A DNA stretch of 64,000 nt from NCBI GenBank assembly GCA_963555755.3, contig OY820905.2:4192001-4256000 (forward strand), written 5' to 3'. Shown piece after piece: positions 10,710 through 20,801 of the stretch (the first letter of the stretch is position 1; every line of letters begins with the position of its first letter). Origin of the DNA: Nitrospirales bacterium. Its GTDB lineage: Bacteria > Nitrospirota > Nitrospiria > Nitrospirales > UBA8639. Below the pieces are notes generated by a model, which was not told the DNA's origin, did no database searches, and saw only the letters and a list, made by a program, of their open reading frames with translations. The translations under genes were made by a program, and so were the position numbers.

Positions 10710-11165
10710 ATGATCTTTTCTGAATCGCGATTTCGATGGTTTAGTTTCTGGATCACGCTCCTATTAATCATTGTGTGTAATGGCATGCTGTTGGGAGCTC
10801 TATGGGCGAGCGGCCTGGATCTGGATTTTGTTTTGACGAATTCCGATCTCTACGATCCAGCAACTGGGCATTGCGTGGGTTTGGCTTGGACGAACGTGTC
10901 AGGTGTCGAAAGCCCTATTCAGGTGTGTTCAGAATGGCTAGATACCACTGATCCAACTGGGCAAGTTCACACGCTCAGAACACATGAGCCGTTGGCAATG
11001 GGGCCAGATGGGAATTTGTACTATCAGAATGCCCGAAACGCGGATCTTCAACTTTTGGCCTTACTTGTCTTTACCATCGCGGTGATTTTTTCCGGAATGC
11101 GCCTGAAACGGTTTCTCATAACCTGGTACCAGCTACAGCTTCAGGCAGGCAGGCAGCAACTATAA
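10710..11165 (+). CDS. Hypothetical membrane protein
   Basis: N- and C-terminal TM segments around a loop with two Cys. Confidence 0.65.
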   Translation: MIFSESRFRWFSFWITLLLIIVCNGMLLGALWASGLDLDFVLTNSDLYDPATGHCVGLAWTNVSGVESPIQVCSEWLDTTDPTGQVHTLRTHEPLAMGPDGNLYYQNARNADLQLLALLVFTIAVIFSGMRLKRFLITWYQLQLQAGRQQL

Positions 11166-11371
11166 AACGACTTCGGGCAGATTTTTGCCTGTGGGCAAAG
11201 GGAATCTATGTGTGTGACCTTCATAATGTTACGAATTTTTGAAACTTATCCTAAATTCACACAGAAATATTTATGAGAAATCCTAAAACTGTGGTACATT
11301 TTCGCTTCTTCTATCTGAGGGGGTGATACTGGTCGGCTGGACTATTCCAGCCAAGAAGGGGGAGCCAACGC

Positions 11372-14221
11372 ATGCGGAACAAGAAGTATGTCTACTACTT
11401 CGGTGACGGCAAAGCCGAAGGGAAGGGCTCAATGAGAGAGCTCCTTGGCGGAAAAGGTGCTGGTCTTGCCGAAATGACCAACATGAACATTTCCGTCCCG
11501 TCAGGGTTTACCATCACCACCGACGCCTGCCTCGAATATTTTCATTCCAAGAAAAAGTATCCGACGGGAATGTGGGATCAAACCCTCCAGGGATTGAAGC
11601 GCATTGAACGGTCCATGAAAGCTGGGTTTGGCGATTCAAAGAATCCCTTGCTCGTGTCGGTGCGTTCGGGGGCGCGTGCTTCCATGCCGGGCATGATGGA
11701 TACGGTCTTAAATCTAGGGTTGAATTCTGTCACGGTGAAGGCGCTGGCCAACAAAACGAACAATCCGCGTTTCGCTATGGATGCCTATCGCCGATTTATT
11801 ACGATGTTTGGATCTGTGGTGATGGACATCCATCGTGATAAATTTGAAGACGTATTAGATGAAACGAAACGGGCATTAGGCGTGACGAGCGATACCGATA
11901 TTCCTGCCGAAGGTCTTGCCGAGCTCATCATGAAATATCAAGAAGTGGTTCGTCAGGAAACCGGGAGGAAATTTCCTGAAGATCCCTTAGAGCAGTTGAA
12001 GATGGGCATCAATGCGGTGTTTACCTCATGGTTTGGTGATCGCGCGGTCACCTATCGAAAGATTTATGACATTCCCGATACCTGGGGGACGGCAGTCAAT
12101 GTCCAATCCATGGTTTTCGGCAATATGGGTGAGACGAGCGGAACGGGAGTCGCCTTTACCCGAAATCCCTCAACAGGTGTGCGAACATTTTTCGGAGAAT
12201 ACTTGTTGAATGCGCAAGGTGAGGATGTCGTAGCCGGAATTCGAACGCCTCTCCCGGTGACTGCCCTTAAAGACAAACTTCCTTCTGCCTATAAAACCCT
12301 CATGACCACTCAAAAGATTTTGGAAAAGCATTACCGCGATATGCAGGATATGGAGTTTACGATTCAAGAGGGCAAGCTCTACATGCTGCAAACACGGGTT
12401 GGGAAGCGAACGGGAATTGCGGCCGTCCGTATTGCGATCGAGATGGTGAAGGAAGGTCTTATTGATAAGAAAGAGGCGGTCCGTCGTGTGGCCACGGAAC
12501 AACTCGCGCAGTATCTATACCCCATTTTTGAGCAAGCGGAAGAGAAAAAATATCAGCCGGTCGGTAAAGGGCTGCCTGCTGGACCGGGTGCTGCCTGTGG
12601 CAAGATTGCGTTGACGCCGGAATTAGCCGTTGCCATGAAAGCTCGCGGTGAAAAATCGATTTTAGTGCGAAAAGAAACTAGCCCCGATGATATTCATGGT
12701 ATGTACGCGTCGGAAGGATTTTTAACGGCCACGGGAGGAATGACCTCCCACGCCGCGGTGGTTGCGCGCCAAATGGGAAAGGTCTGTGTGGCTGGTTGCG
12801 ATGATGTCGAAGTCCTGGAAGGCCAAGGCAAGGTCCGAATAGGACCGACCGTCTTCAAAGAAGGTGACGCTCTTTCCCTGAATGGGTTTACGGGATTTGT
12901 GTATGGGGGGCTGCTGTCGGTGGTAGCGTCCGAAGTGATTCAAGTCATTCAAGGAAAACTATCCATCAGTCAGTCTGAAAAGTATCGGTATTTCTCGACC
13001 ATTCTCAAATGGGCCGATGAATTTCGACACTTGAAGGTGCGTGCGAATGCCGATGTGCCTGATCAAGCCCAAATCGCACGAGGCTTCGGCGCGGAGGGTA
13101 TTGGATTGTGTCGAACAGAGCATATGTTTTTCGCTGAAGATCGGGCGCCCATTATGCAGGCCATGATTCTCGCCTCGACTCCCGAAGAACGAGGAAAATA
13201 TTTGGATCAGCTTCTTCCCCTTCAGAAAAAAGACTTTATCGGGCTCTATCGGGAAATGGAAGGGTATCCCGTCACCATTCGACTCCTGGACCCGCCTCTC
13301 CATGAATTTTTACCTAAACGTGAACACCTGATGGTGGAAATTGTTCGTTTGGAATTGACCAACGGCAGCCCAACTCAGATCGAAGAAAAAAAGAAAATGT
13401 TAGCTCGCGTCGAAGAGTTGCATGAATTTAATCCCATGCTCGGATTACGGGGATGTCGCTTGGGTATTACGATGCCAGAGATCACTCGCATGCAGGTTCG
13501 CGCGATCATGGAAGCCGCCTGCCACGTAGCGAAAGAAGGTAAGAAGCCCATTCTGGAAATTATGATCCCCTTGGTCGGGATGTCCTCGGAGATGAAATCT
13601 CAAAAAAGGCTCATTAAAGAAGTAGCCGAGGAAACCATGAAGCGGTGTGGCAAGAAGCTGTCCTATTTGATCGGCACCATGATTGAGTTGCCGAGAGCGG
13701 CAGTGACTGCGCGGCAAATCGCCGAAGACGCCGAGTTCTTTTCATTTGGCACCAACGATCTCACGCAAACCACGTATGGACTCTCGCGTGACGATGCGGC
13801 GAGGTTCACGGGATTTTATCGTGATCATAATTTGCTGGAATTTGATCCGTTTGCCGTACTCGATCAAGAAGGCGTGGGGGCGCTCATGCGCTTGGCTCGG
13901 GATGAAGGTCGTGCCGCTCGCCCAGACATCAAACTTGGTATTTGTGGTGAGCATGGTGGGGAGCCCAGTTCCGTAGAGTTCTGTCATAACCTTGGGTTGG
14001 ACTATGTGAGTTGTTCCCCGTATCGGGTGGCTATTGCACGGCTTGCCGCAGCGCAGGCTGTACTCAATGCGGAGGATCAGAAACCGGCGGCGAAGCCAAA
14101 GAAAAAAGCTGCGAAGGCTTCGGCCAAAACCAAAACCCATGCCCGTCGCGTAGGTGCTCCAACATCCAAAGCCAAGCCGAAAGCCAAAGCACGGCCACGA
14201 AATACTAAAGCTCGCCGGTGA
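11372..14221 (+). CDS. ppdK: Pyruvate, phosphate dikinase with Lys/Ala-rich C-terminal tail
   Basis: LLGGKGAGLAEM, SVRSGARASMPGMMDT, GGMTSHAAVVAR, GLCRTEHMF, SFGTNDLTQ, GICGEHGG. Confidence 0.98.
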   Translation: MRNKKYVYYFGDGKAEGKGSMRELLGGKGAGLAEMTNMNISVPSGFTITTDACLEYFHSKKKYPTGMWDQTLQGLKRIERSMKAGFGDSKNPLLVSVRSGARASMPGMMDTVLNLGLNSVTVKALANKTNNPRFAMDAYRRFITMFGSVVMDIHRDKFEDVLDETKRALGVTSDTDIPAEGLAELIMKYQEVVRQETGRKFPEDPLEQLKMGINAVFTSWFGDRAVTYRKIYDIPDTWGTAVNVQSMVFGNMGETSGTGVAFTRNPSTGVRTFFGEYLLNAQGEDVVAGIRTPLPVTALKDKLPSAYKTLMTTQKILEKHYRDMQDMEFTIQEGKLYMLQTRVGKRTGIAAVRIAIEMVKEGLIDKKEAVRRVATEQLAQYLYPIFEQAEEKKYQPVGKGLPAGPGAACGKIALTPELAVAMKARGEKSILVRKETSPDDIHGMYASEGFLTATGGMTSHAAVVARQMGKVCVAGCDDVEVLEGQGKVRIGPTVFKEGDALSLNGFTGFVYGGLLSVVASEVIQVIQGKLSISQSEKYRYFSTILKWADEFRHLKVRANADVPDQAQIARGFGAEGIGLCRTEHMFFAEDRAPIMQAMILASTPEERGKYLDQLLPLQKKDFIGLYREMEGYPVTIRLLDPPLHEFLPKREHLMVEIVRLELTNGSPTQIEEKKKMLARVEELHEFNPMLGLRGCRLGITMPEITRMQVRAIMEAACHVAKEGKKPILEIMIPLVGMSSEMKSQKRLIKEVAEETMKRCGKKLSYLIGTMIELPRAAVTARQIAEDAEFFSFGTNDLTQTTYGLSRDDAARFTGFYRDHNLLEFDPFAVLDQEGVGALMRLARDEGRAARPDIKLGICGEHGGEPSSVEFCHNLGLDYVSCSPYRVAIARLAAAQAVLNAEDQKPAAKPKKKAAKASAKTKTHARRVGAPTSKAKPKAKARPRNTKARR

Positions 14222-15351
14222 GTGACGTCGATCCAGACGTCACATTTATGAAACAGGCCCTTAGGCTTGCCGCCCGAGGCAGGGGAACGACGAGCCCGAA
14301 TCCCATGGTTGGTGCGATGGTCGTGGCCAAGGGGAAAGTTGTTGGTTCCGGTTATCACAAACAAGCCGGTGGCCCACACGCCGAAATCTTTGCGCTCCAA
14401 CAAGCCAAATCCCAATCTCGCAACGCCACCCTCTACCTCACCTTAGAACCCTGTTGCCATACAGAGAAACGAACTCCGCCTTGCGTGCCCGATATCATTC
14501 ATTCAGGTGTTAGTCGGGTTGTCGTGGCCATGCGGGACCCAAATCCTCAAGTGGCGGGTCGCGGCATTCAGCAACTGAGACGGGCAGGAATAGCCGTAGA
14601 CGTTGGGTGTCTCAAACACGAAGCTGCCACACTCAATGAGGTCTATGTCCATTGGATCAAAACCGGACGACCATTCGTTATTCTTAAAAGCGCGATGACC
14701 CTGGATGGAAAAATTGCCACAGCGAAGGGTGAGTCAAAATGGATTACAGGCCCAAGAGCGCGGGAACATGTTCATCTATTGAGGAGCCGAGTGGATGTGA
14801 TTGCGGTGGGAGTGAATACCGTTCTCAAAGATGATCCACAGCTCACCGTCCGGCTCTCAGCGAAAAAAGGACAATCCAGCATTTCTCGTCAACCAGTTCG
14901 GATGGTCTTTGATAGCCGACTTCGAATTCCGCTTACGGCCCGTGTTCTTCAAGGGGTCGAGCAATCCCCAACAGCCATCGCTACCACGAAAATGGCCAGC
15001 CACAAAAAAATTGAACAATTGCGATCGATGGATATAGAAGTTCTGGTGCTCCCTCAAAAACAAAACCGCGTCTCTATTCGTCGATGTCTTCAAGAACTTG
15101 GGAGCATGGGGATCACCAGTCTGATGGTAGAAGGTGGGAGCGAGATAAACGCCAGTTTTTTGCGTGAGGGTCTGGTGAATCAGGTGTGTCTGTATTTTGC
15201 CCCTGCCTTGCTAGGAGGACAAGACGCGAAAGGCTTGTTGGGGGGTCTCTCGCCCAAGCACTTGGGTGAAAAAGTTGCGGTATCGAAACTCCACCTTCAA
15301 TATCTTGGCGATGATGTATTGATCACAGGAGACTTGAGGCCCAAGCTATAA
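14218..15351 (+). CDS. ribD: Riboflavin biosynthesis deaminase/reductase
   Basis: PNPMVGA, HAE, TLEPCCH...TPPC, TLDGKIAT, VEGG. Confidence 0.96.
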   Translation: MSDVDPDVTFMKQALRLAARGRGTTSPNPMVGAMVVAKGKVVGSGYHKQAGGPHAEIFALQQAKSQSRNATLYLTLEPCCHTEKRTPPCVPDIIHSGVSRVVVAMRDPNPQVAGRGIQQLRRAGIAVDVGCLKHEAATLNEVYVHWIKTGRPFVILKSAMTLDGKIATAKGESKWITGPRAREHVHLLRSRVDVIAVGVNTVLKDDPQLTVRLSAKKGQSSISRQPVRMVFDSRLRIPLTARVLQGVEQSPTAIATTKMASHKKIEQLRSMDIEVLVLPQKQNRVSIRRCLQELGSMGITSLMVEGGSEINASFLREGLVNQVCLYFAPALLGGQDAKGLLGGLSPKHLGEKVAVSKLHLQYLGDDVLITGDLRPKL

Positions 15352-15362
15352 TTAGGGAGGTC

Positions 15363-16019
15363 ATGATGAAAAAAGTCGCGGTTATTTTTTCAGGCTGTGG
15401 GTTTTTAGATGGTGCTGAGATCACCGAAGCGATTAGTACATTGGTGGCAATTGGGCAACAGGGCGCTGAGTATAAATGTTTCGCGCCGAATAAGGATGGG
15501 GCTGAAACGAATCATCTCACTCAACAACCCACCGGGCAAAATAGAAATGTGCTGCAAGAAGCTGCTCGTATTGCACGCGGTGAGATTCAGCCATTAGAAG
15601 ACTTAAAGGCGCAAGACTTTGATGCGCTAGCATTTCCCGGCGGGTTTGGCGCCGCGCTGCATTTATGCGACTTTGCACAAAAAGGCAGTGGTGGCACCAT
15701 TGATCCGCAGGTCCTTCGTATCGTGAAAGAATTTCATGAGGGTCGCAAGCCGATCGCCGCGATTTGCATTGCCCCAGCGATCATGGCTCTAGCGTTTGGA
15801 GACAAAGGCGTCAATGTGACTATTGGGGATGATCAGGGAACAGCATCAGAAGTTGAAAAAACAGGCGCCAAACATTCCAACTGCGCAGTCGAAAAGTTTG
15901 TCGTGGATTCTGCCAACAAAATCATCACCACTCCCGCCTATATGTACGGCACTGCCAAACCCCACCAAATCTTTGAAGGCGTGAGCGGAGCCATTGCCGA
16001 ACTGATTAAAATGGCGTGA
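15363..16019 (+). CDS. elbB: ElbB/ES1-type DJ-1/PfpI glyoxalase
   Basis: SGCGFLDGAEITE, RNVLQEAARIARG, PGGFGAA, ICIAP, ITTPAYM. Confidence 0.9.
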   Translation: MMKKVAVIFSGCGFLDGAEITEAISTLVAIGQQGAEYKCFAPNKDGAETNHLTQQPTGQNRNVLQEAARIARGEIQPLEDLKAQDFDALAFPGGFGAALHLCDFAQKGSGGTIDPQVLRIVKEFHEGRKPIAAICIAPAIMALAFGDKGVNVTIGDDQGTASEVEKTGAKHSNCAVEKFVVDSANKIITTPAYMYGTAKPHQIFEGVSGAIAELIKMA

Positions 16020-16021
16020 TT

Positions 16022-16262
16022 GGTGCGAGGTTTCGTCCCCGCGCGACGAGGCTCCTTCGACTTTGCTCAGGACAGGCCTTTTGTTTCGGCAAAAGTGCAC
16101 AAAACCATGTTCGCCCGTGCGTGGCCCTTTGGGTTCCTCCGCCTCCGCCCCGAACCAAGATGGCTCAGGAACTCGCGGAGCCTGTCCTGAGCCTTGTCGA
16201 AGGGCTCAAACAGCCCTCGCCGAGAGGTCGATTCGGGACTCCGGCTTCGCCACCCACGAAGG
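16022..16262 (+). repeat. Interspersed repeat family B (about 240 bp)
   Basis: CTTTTGTTTCGGCAAAAG..AAAACCAT..CCTCCGCCTCC..TCGCCGAGAGGTCGATTCGG; inverted copies at 16527-16764 and 44178-44414. Confidence 0.8.
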
Positions 16263-16399
16263 CGGATGGAAGTGACATTTCCAAATTTTGAAATTGTGAG
16301 AAAGGTTTGCTAAGTGGAAGACTATTAGTCTTCCTAGTCATTCCCGACATTAGCAATCGGGAATCCAGGTTTTCCCCTCTGTCCCTTCACCCCTTCCAT

Positions 16400-16472
16400 T
16401 GTCATTTCGACCCTTGGGAGAAATCTCTCGTTCGACACTGGGGGGAGATTTCCCGCTTCGCTCGAAATGACA
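16400..16472. repeat. Family C hairpin copy
   Basis: TGTCATTTCGACCCTTGGGAGAAATCTC...GAGATTTCCC...TCGAAATGACA. Confidence 0.8.
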
Positions 16473-16526
16473 TTCAATGGTTATGTAAGGTTGCTCCTTC
16501 ATTTTCTGTCTCGGGTATGGGTTTTC

Positions 16527-16764
16527 GCGTTGGGCGCGGCGGAGCCTCCGTACCGAATCGACCTCTCGGCGAAGGTTGTTTGAGTCCTTCGACAAGGCCT
16601 GTCCTGAGTTTATCGAAGGGCTCAGGATGGACTCCGCGAGTTCCCGAGTTATCTTATTCGGTATGGAGGCGGAGGGACCCGGAGGGCTGCGCACAGGCGA
16701 GAATGGTTTTGGGTCCTTTTGCCGAAACAAAAGGATCTCGTCGTGTGGGGACGACACCCCACAT
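16527..16764 (-). repeat. Repeat family B copy (inverted)
   Basis: Reverse-complement similarity to 16022-16262. Confidence 0.8.
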
Positions 16765-16890
16765 AATTATTATTCTTGAACGAGCCCTCCTTCGGACGTA
16801 CCTTTGTCTTGCATTTGTTGTTGCCTTCGGTTTTACAAGTTCCATCTTGCGAAAGACGAACCACGAATCTCGAACTATGCCTTTGGTTCC

Positions 16891-17274
16891 TTAGCTCAAT
16901 AATCGGAGAGAAATCTTTTGAGCTATCTTGAAAAAGACCTGGTCCTCACTCAGGAGTTCGGCCTTCAAGTCTAGCGCGCATTGGGCAATGTGAGTATCAG
17001 GGGTGGAGACACTGAGCCCTTTCGAAAACAAATGTGCGCGAAAACTCCCTACCCGTATCCAGTGCTCCAAATTATGCTCACAGAGAGGAAGATCATGAAG
17101 AAAAGATTCTAATTGCCCACGTTGAGGTGTAGTCATTTTTCCACTGAGTAATTCCGCCGCAACTATGGGTGGGAGATAGACACGGCCTTCAGCCAAGGCC
17201 TCATCAATCACGGAAGAGCCCGTATGCGCGAAATAGGTAACCCAGCTGGAAGTATCAACGACGAGGGCGCTCAC
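16891..17274 (-). CDS. vapC: PIN-domain toxin (VapC-like)
   Basis: VVDTSSW, IVAAELLSG, PDTHIAQCA, LLSEDQ.F; GTG start overlaps the antitoxin end. Confidence 0.85.
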   Translation of the reverse strand: MSALVVDTSSWVTYFAHTGSSVIDEALAEGRVYLPPIVAAELLSGKMTTPQRGQLESFLHDLPLCEHNLEHWIRVGSFRAHLFSKGLSVSTPDTHIAQCALDLKAELLSEDQVFFKIAQKISLRLLS

Positions 17275-17473
17275 GAGAGACCTGAAGATCAATATCGAGT
17301 TTAAGGCGACCCCGAAGTCGAGAGGCTTTAGCCAAAGCTGCCCCCCGCTTGACCAAGGACAATCCCTGCGTGAGCGTTTCCGTCACCCCTGCCCCAGAAA
17401 CCTGACACGCTTCTTCCAAAAGGTCAGCAGGCAAATTGGCCGTCACCCGACGAATTTTTCGTTTTTCATTCAT
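17255..17473 (-). CDS. Putative VapB-like antitoxin (RHH-like); start uncertain
   Basis: Small gene overlapping the toxin start; RVTANLPADLLEEA..VSG..TETL pattern. Confidence 0.7.
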   Translation of the reverse strand: MNEKRKIRRVTANLPADLLEEACQVSGAGVTETLTQGLSLVKRGAALAKASRLRGRLKLDIDLQVSRERPRR

Positions 17474-17647
17474 ACGAATATACATATCATAGTACATACG
17501 TTCAGACAAGTATGGTGGGGTAGGGAAAATGATTAAAGAAATTGAGGAAAATAGAGACTAGAGAAAATGGGGTTGCATGCGCGTCTCTTTGTGTTTTCTC
17601 TTGAAACTAACAATTTTACACATGGTCTTACATCAAGGAAATCGTTA

Positions 17648-18258
17648 TCAAAACACAATCGTCCAACTTTCTTCGCGGGCTTGGTCGCGGGTGTATTGCA
17701 CTCCGTGGACTTTGACGCCTTCTTTATTGAGCAGTGTAATTGTCCCGCCTTTGTTTCCGAGTTGAACGGTTTCCGGTAGTTGAATGGTGATGGTGCTTCC
17801 CGCAGAGACAATTCCGCGCGGAATGACATAGGTGTTTCCACCCCTGTCTTTGATTTTCCATCCTGTCAGATTAATGGATTTGGGAGAGGGATTTAGTAGT
17901 GTGACGGTTTCATCTTCCGGACCGCCGCCGAAGGGGTTCACCAAAGCCGCGATAATCAGGATCTCAAAATCCGGTTCGGTTGGGCCGGGTTCCGGGCCAG
18001 GACCTGGTGTGGGGATCGTGGCTAAGGGATGTCCGGTTTGGTCGTCCGTATGCCAGTTTTGGAACTGAAAGGCGGTGAAGATGGCGATCCATCGATCTTC
18101 GGCTGGAAAATGAATCATCAGTGCGCCGTCTTGCCACACACCATTTTGACTGGCGAATCCGCCACTATTCCCCTGATTCATGTGAATGTCGTGAATGCCG
18201 TTCCCCGGGTTGAAGGAGAAAATCTTGTCTGGACTGTTAACTTCTGGGCCCCATCGTT
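17648..18258 (-). pseudogene. 3' half of split YukJ/DUF2278 gene with C-terminal lamin-tail domain
   Basis: RWGPE..DKIFSFNPGNGIHDIHMNQGN..WQDGAL..AFQ.Q.WHTDD, then PGPGPE linker and LTD-like ALVNP..ETVTLLN..LTGW..LGNKGGTITL. Confidence 0.85.
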
Positions 18259-18409
18259 ACTGTGTTTCGCCTCCGCCGCCATCTCATGCAGGCGGTCAAT
18301 TATCGCATTGTGCGGACCCAGGCGTTTCAGGTTTAGAAGGAAGCGGTATGCGCGTAAGAAGCCATGTCCCGCTCGGCGAGCGGCGTCCCATTGTGTTTGC
18401 AGCCCGTTA

Positions 18410-18572
18410 CCTAGAAACGGCAGTTGGGCGCAAAAAAGACGCGTAAGGTATTGGTGTGCCTGGTGAAATCAAAAAATTCGTGGTCACCCTATTGGTGATG
18501 AGACATTTTTTTATTTTGCCAGGTGCGCCAAGAGCTTGCGTGGACTTTTGTGATCCAACTGCGGTTTCTAGG
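18410..18572. mobile_element. CCTAG-ended MITE (family D), no 5-bp TSD
   Basis: CCTAGAAACGGCAGTTGG / CCAACTGCGGTTTCTAGG; inverted homolog of 20006-20168. Confidence 0.85.
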
Positions 18573-18613
18573 TTAAGTTGCCCATACCATGAGCACCTGG
18601 CAAGTTGCATCCT

Positions 18614-19942
18614 TCATCGCTGGATCGCTCGAATACGCGTCGCCCGCTGCTCTAGCATTTCGGCTTCTTCGTCCCGTTTCGTCGCGCGATACAAGGCGGC
18701 CAGGTTATTCAGGCTGGTGGCCACAGTAGGATGGTCCGGCCCTAACGTCTTCTCCCAAATCCCCAGCGCACGCGTATAGAGTGGTGCAGCTTGGGCATAC
18801 TGCTCTTGAGTCTTGTAGAGGACGGCCAGGTTATTCAGGCTCGTGGCTACAGTAGGATGGTCCGGCCCTAGCGTCTTCTCCCAAATCGCCAGCGCACGCG
18901 TATAGAGTGGTGCAGCTTGGGCATACTGCTCTTGAGTCTTGTAGAGGACGGCCAGGTTATTCAGGCTCGTGGCTACATCAGGGTGGTCGGGCCCCAGCGC
19001 GTTCACTCGTATGTCCAGCGCGCGCGTATAGAGCGGCACGGCCTTGGCGAACTGCCTTTGGATGTCGTAGAGCACGGCCAGGTTGTTTAGGCTGGTAGCC
19101 ACAGTAGGATGGTCCGGCCCTAGCGTCTTTTCCCAAATCTCCAGCGCGCGCTTGAAGAGGATCTCAGCTTGGGCATACTGCCCTTGAGTCTGGTAGAGCA
19201 CGGCCAGGTTGTTGCGGCTCGTGGCTACATCAGGGTGGTCGGGCCCCAGCGCGTTCACTCGTGTGGCCAGCGCACGTTGGTACAACGGCACAGCTTGGGC
19301 ATACTGCCCTTGGGTCTGGTAGAGCGTGGCCAGGTTATTCAGGCTCGTGGCTACATCAGGGTGGCGGGGTCCCAACGTCTTCTCCCAAATGGCCAGCGCG
19401 CGCTTATAGAGGGGCTCAGCTTGGGCGTACTGCCCTTGAGTCTGGTAGAGTTCGGCCAGGTTGTTCAGGCTCCTGGCCATATCAGGGTGATCGGGCCTCA
19501 GCGCGTTCACTCGTATTCCCAGGGCACGTTGGTACAACGGCTCAGCCCGGGCGTACTGCCCTTGGATCTGGTAGAGCTCGGCCAGGTTATTCAGGCTCGT
19601 GGCTACATCAGGGTGGTCGAGCCCCAGCGCGTTCACTCGTATGTCCAGCGCGCGCGTATAGAGCGGCGCGGCCTTGGCATACTGCCCTTGGGTCTTGTAG
19701 AGCGCGGCCAGGTTGTTCAGGCTCGTAGCCACAGCGAGATGATTGGGCCTGGGGTTTTGCTCGGCGACTTCGAGAGCCTTCTTGGCCACCACGACAGCAC
19801 GGTCATATTGGCCTGTCTGAGTCAGTTCCCTAACCTCCTGATTAAGAACCTCCCATTCAATGCCTGGGCCCTGGGCGGGCACAGACGGTGTAGCCAACAA
19901 CAAAAGCAACAACGCCGTGGTCATTGTCAGGATATATTTCAT
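18614..19942 (-). CDS. Secreted TPR protein (about nine 42-aa kinesin-light-chain-like repeats)
   Basis: Signal peptide MKYILTMTTALLLLLLATPSVPAQ; repeats of LGPDHPDVATSLNNLAxLYxxQGQYAxAxPLYxRAL. Confidence 0.92.
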   Translation of the reverse strand: MKYILTMTTALLLLLLATPSVPAQGPGIEWEVLNQEVRELTQTGQYDRAVVVAKKALEVAEQNPRPNHLAVATSLNNLAALYKTQGQYAKAAPLYTRALDIRVNALGLDHPDVATSLNNLAELYQIQGQYARAEPLYQRALGIRVNALRPDHPDMARSLNNLAELYQTQGQYAQAEPLYKRALAIWEKTLGPRHPDVATSLNNLATLYQTQGQYAQAVPLYQRALATRVNALGPDHPDVATSRNNLAVLYQTQGQYAQAEILFKRALEIWEKTLGPDHPTVATSLNNLAVLYDIQRQFAKAVPLYTRALDIRVNALGPDHPDVATSLNNLAVLYKTQEQYAQAAPLYTRALAIWEKTLGPDHPTVATSLNNLAVLYKTQEQYAQAAPLYTRALGIWEKTLGPDHPTVATSLNNLAALYRATKRDEEAEMLEQRATRIRAIQR

Positions 19943-20005
19943 GAGGTCTTGCGTCCTCTCTTCCAGCGAACGAGAACGAGCCTGCCCAACTTCCATGGGT
20001 TTGAA

Positions 20006-20168
20006 CCTAGAAACAGCAGTTGGATCACAAAAGTCCGCGCAAGTTCTTGACGCACCTGGCAAAATAAAAAAATGTCTCATCACCACCGAGGTGACCTCGA
20101 CTTTTTTTATTTCACCATGTACGCCAATACCTTACACGGCTTTTTTGCGCCCAACTGCCGTTTCTAGG
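20006..20168. mobile_element. CCTAG-ended MITE (family D) with 5-bp TSD TTGAA
   Basis: TTGAA at 20001-20005 and 20169-20173; 18-bp imperfect TIR. Confidence 0.85.
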
Positions 20169-20252
20169 TTGAAGGCTCATGTAACCGAATGGGGTATTCG
20201 GTTACCTTTTCAAGGGATTCACCTTCTTACCAGAAAACACCATCAGCTCAAC

Positions 20253-20664
20253 CTCCCCAAGCGTAGAGATATGCATCTTGTGATTGAATAGCTTGCCCGA
20301 TGTAGTGATTGAGTTTGTCATTGAGATCGTTGTTCGGATTGGGGATGTCATGGGGCAAGGTCTTCATTTTTCGTCGATCAAAGAGATTGCCTCGAATGAA
20401 ATCCAACGCCAGGCTATCTTTTTTACGTTCCACCTCAGTGAAGCCTTGTTTGAGCAAAACCAGATCTTCGTTCATGGGGTGTTGAAAGTTTTCATCCACG
20501 AAGAAAAGTAAATCCGGCAGATTGAGGGAGGAGCGCACATTAACCGATATTCGAAAGTCTGTTTCTCCGGCGGACACGTGCACGTGATAATGAGCCCTAA
20601 GGTCGCGCTCTTCTTTTCTGGCTTCAGCTTTTCCTTTGAGAATTCCATAATTCTTTAGTGCCAT
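20253..20664 (-). pseudogene. 5' half of split YukJ/DUF2278 gene
   Basis: MALKNYGILKG..HYHVH..RISVNVRS..ALDFIRGNLFD..NDLND..YLYAWG; joins in frame to 18258. Confidence 0.85.
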
Positions 20665-20801
20665 TGCCCACTCCTTGTGATCAAACTGCCGTTTCTATGT
20701 TTAAGCATTTATAGGGCAAAGACGATGCCAGAGACGTCAATGATAAAATGCTTAAGCTGGATTTTTGTAACGTGTTGGATTTAAAGACAATAATGAATTG
20801 T

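Noticed and set aside
16016..16894. Several overlapping ORFs (also 2263-2560, 22775-23345, 43578-44824, 52367-52582)
   Set aside because: They fall within palindromic repeats or MITEs and show no protein motifs.
19169..20050. 293-aa plus-strand repetitive ORF
   Set aside because: It is the antisense frame of the TPR repeats.
18410..20168. MITE-bounded composite transposon carrying the TPR gene
   Set aside because: The right MITE has its own TSD, the outer flanks do not match, and the true insertion boundaries lie 151 and 84 bp further out.
18255..20256. Integron cassette or IS200/IS605-type insertion (GTTGAGC core; TTAC...TCAA ends)
   Set aside because: No attC-like structure or integrase is visible. 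Using the TTAC/TCAA boundaries would leave an in-frame stop instead of the WGERW reading.
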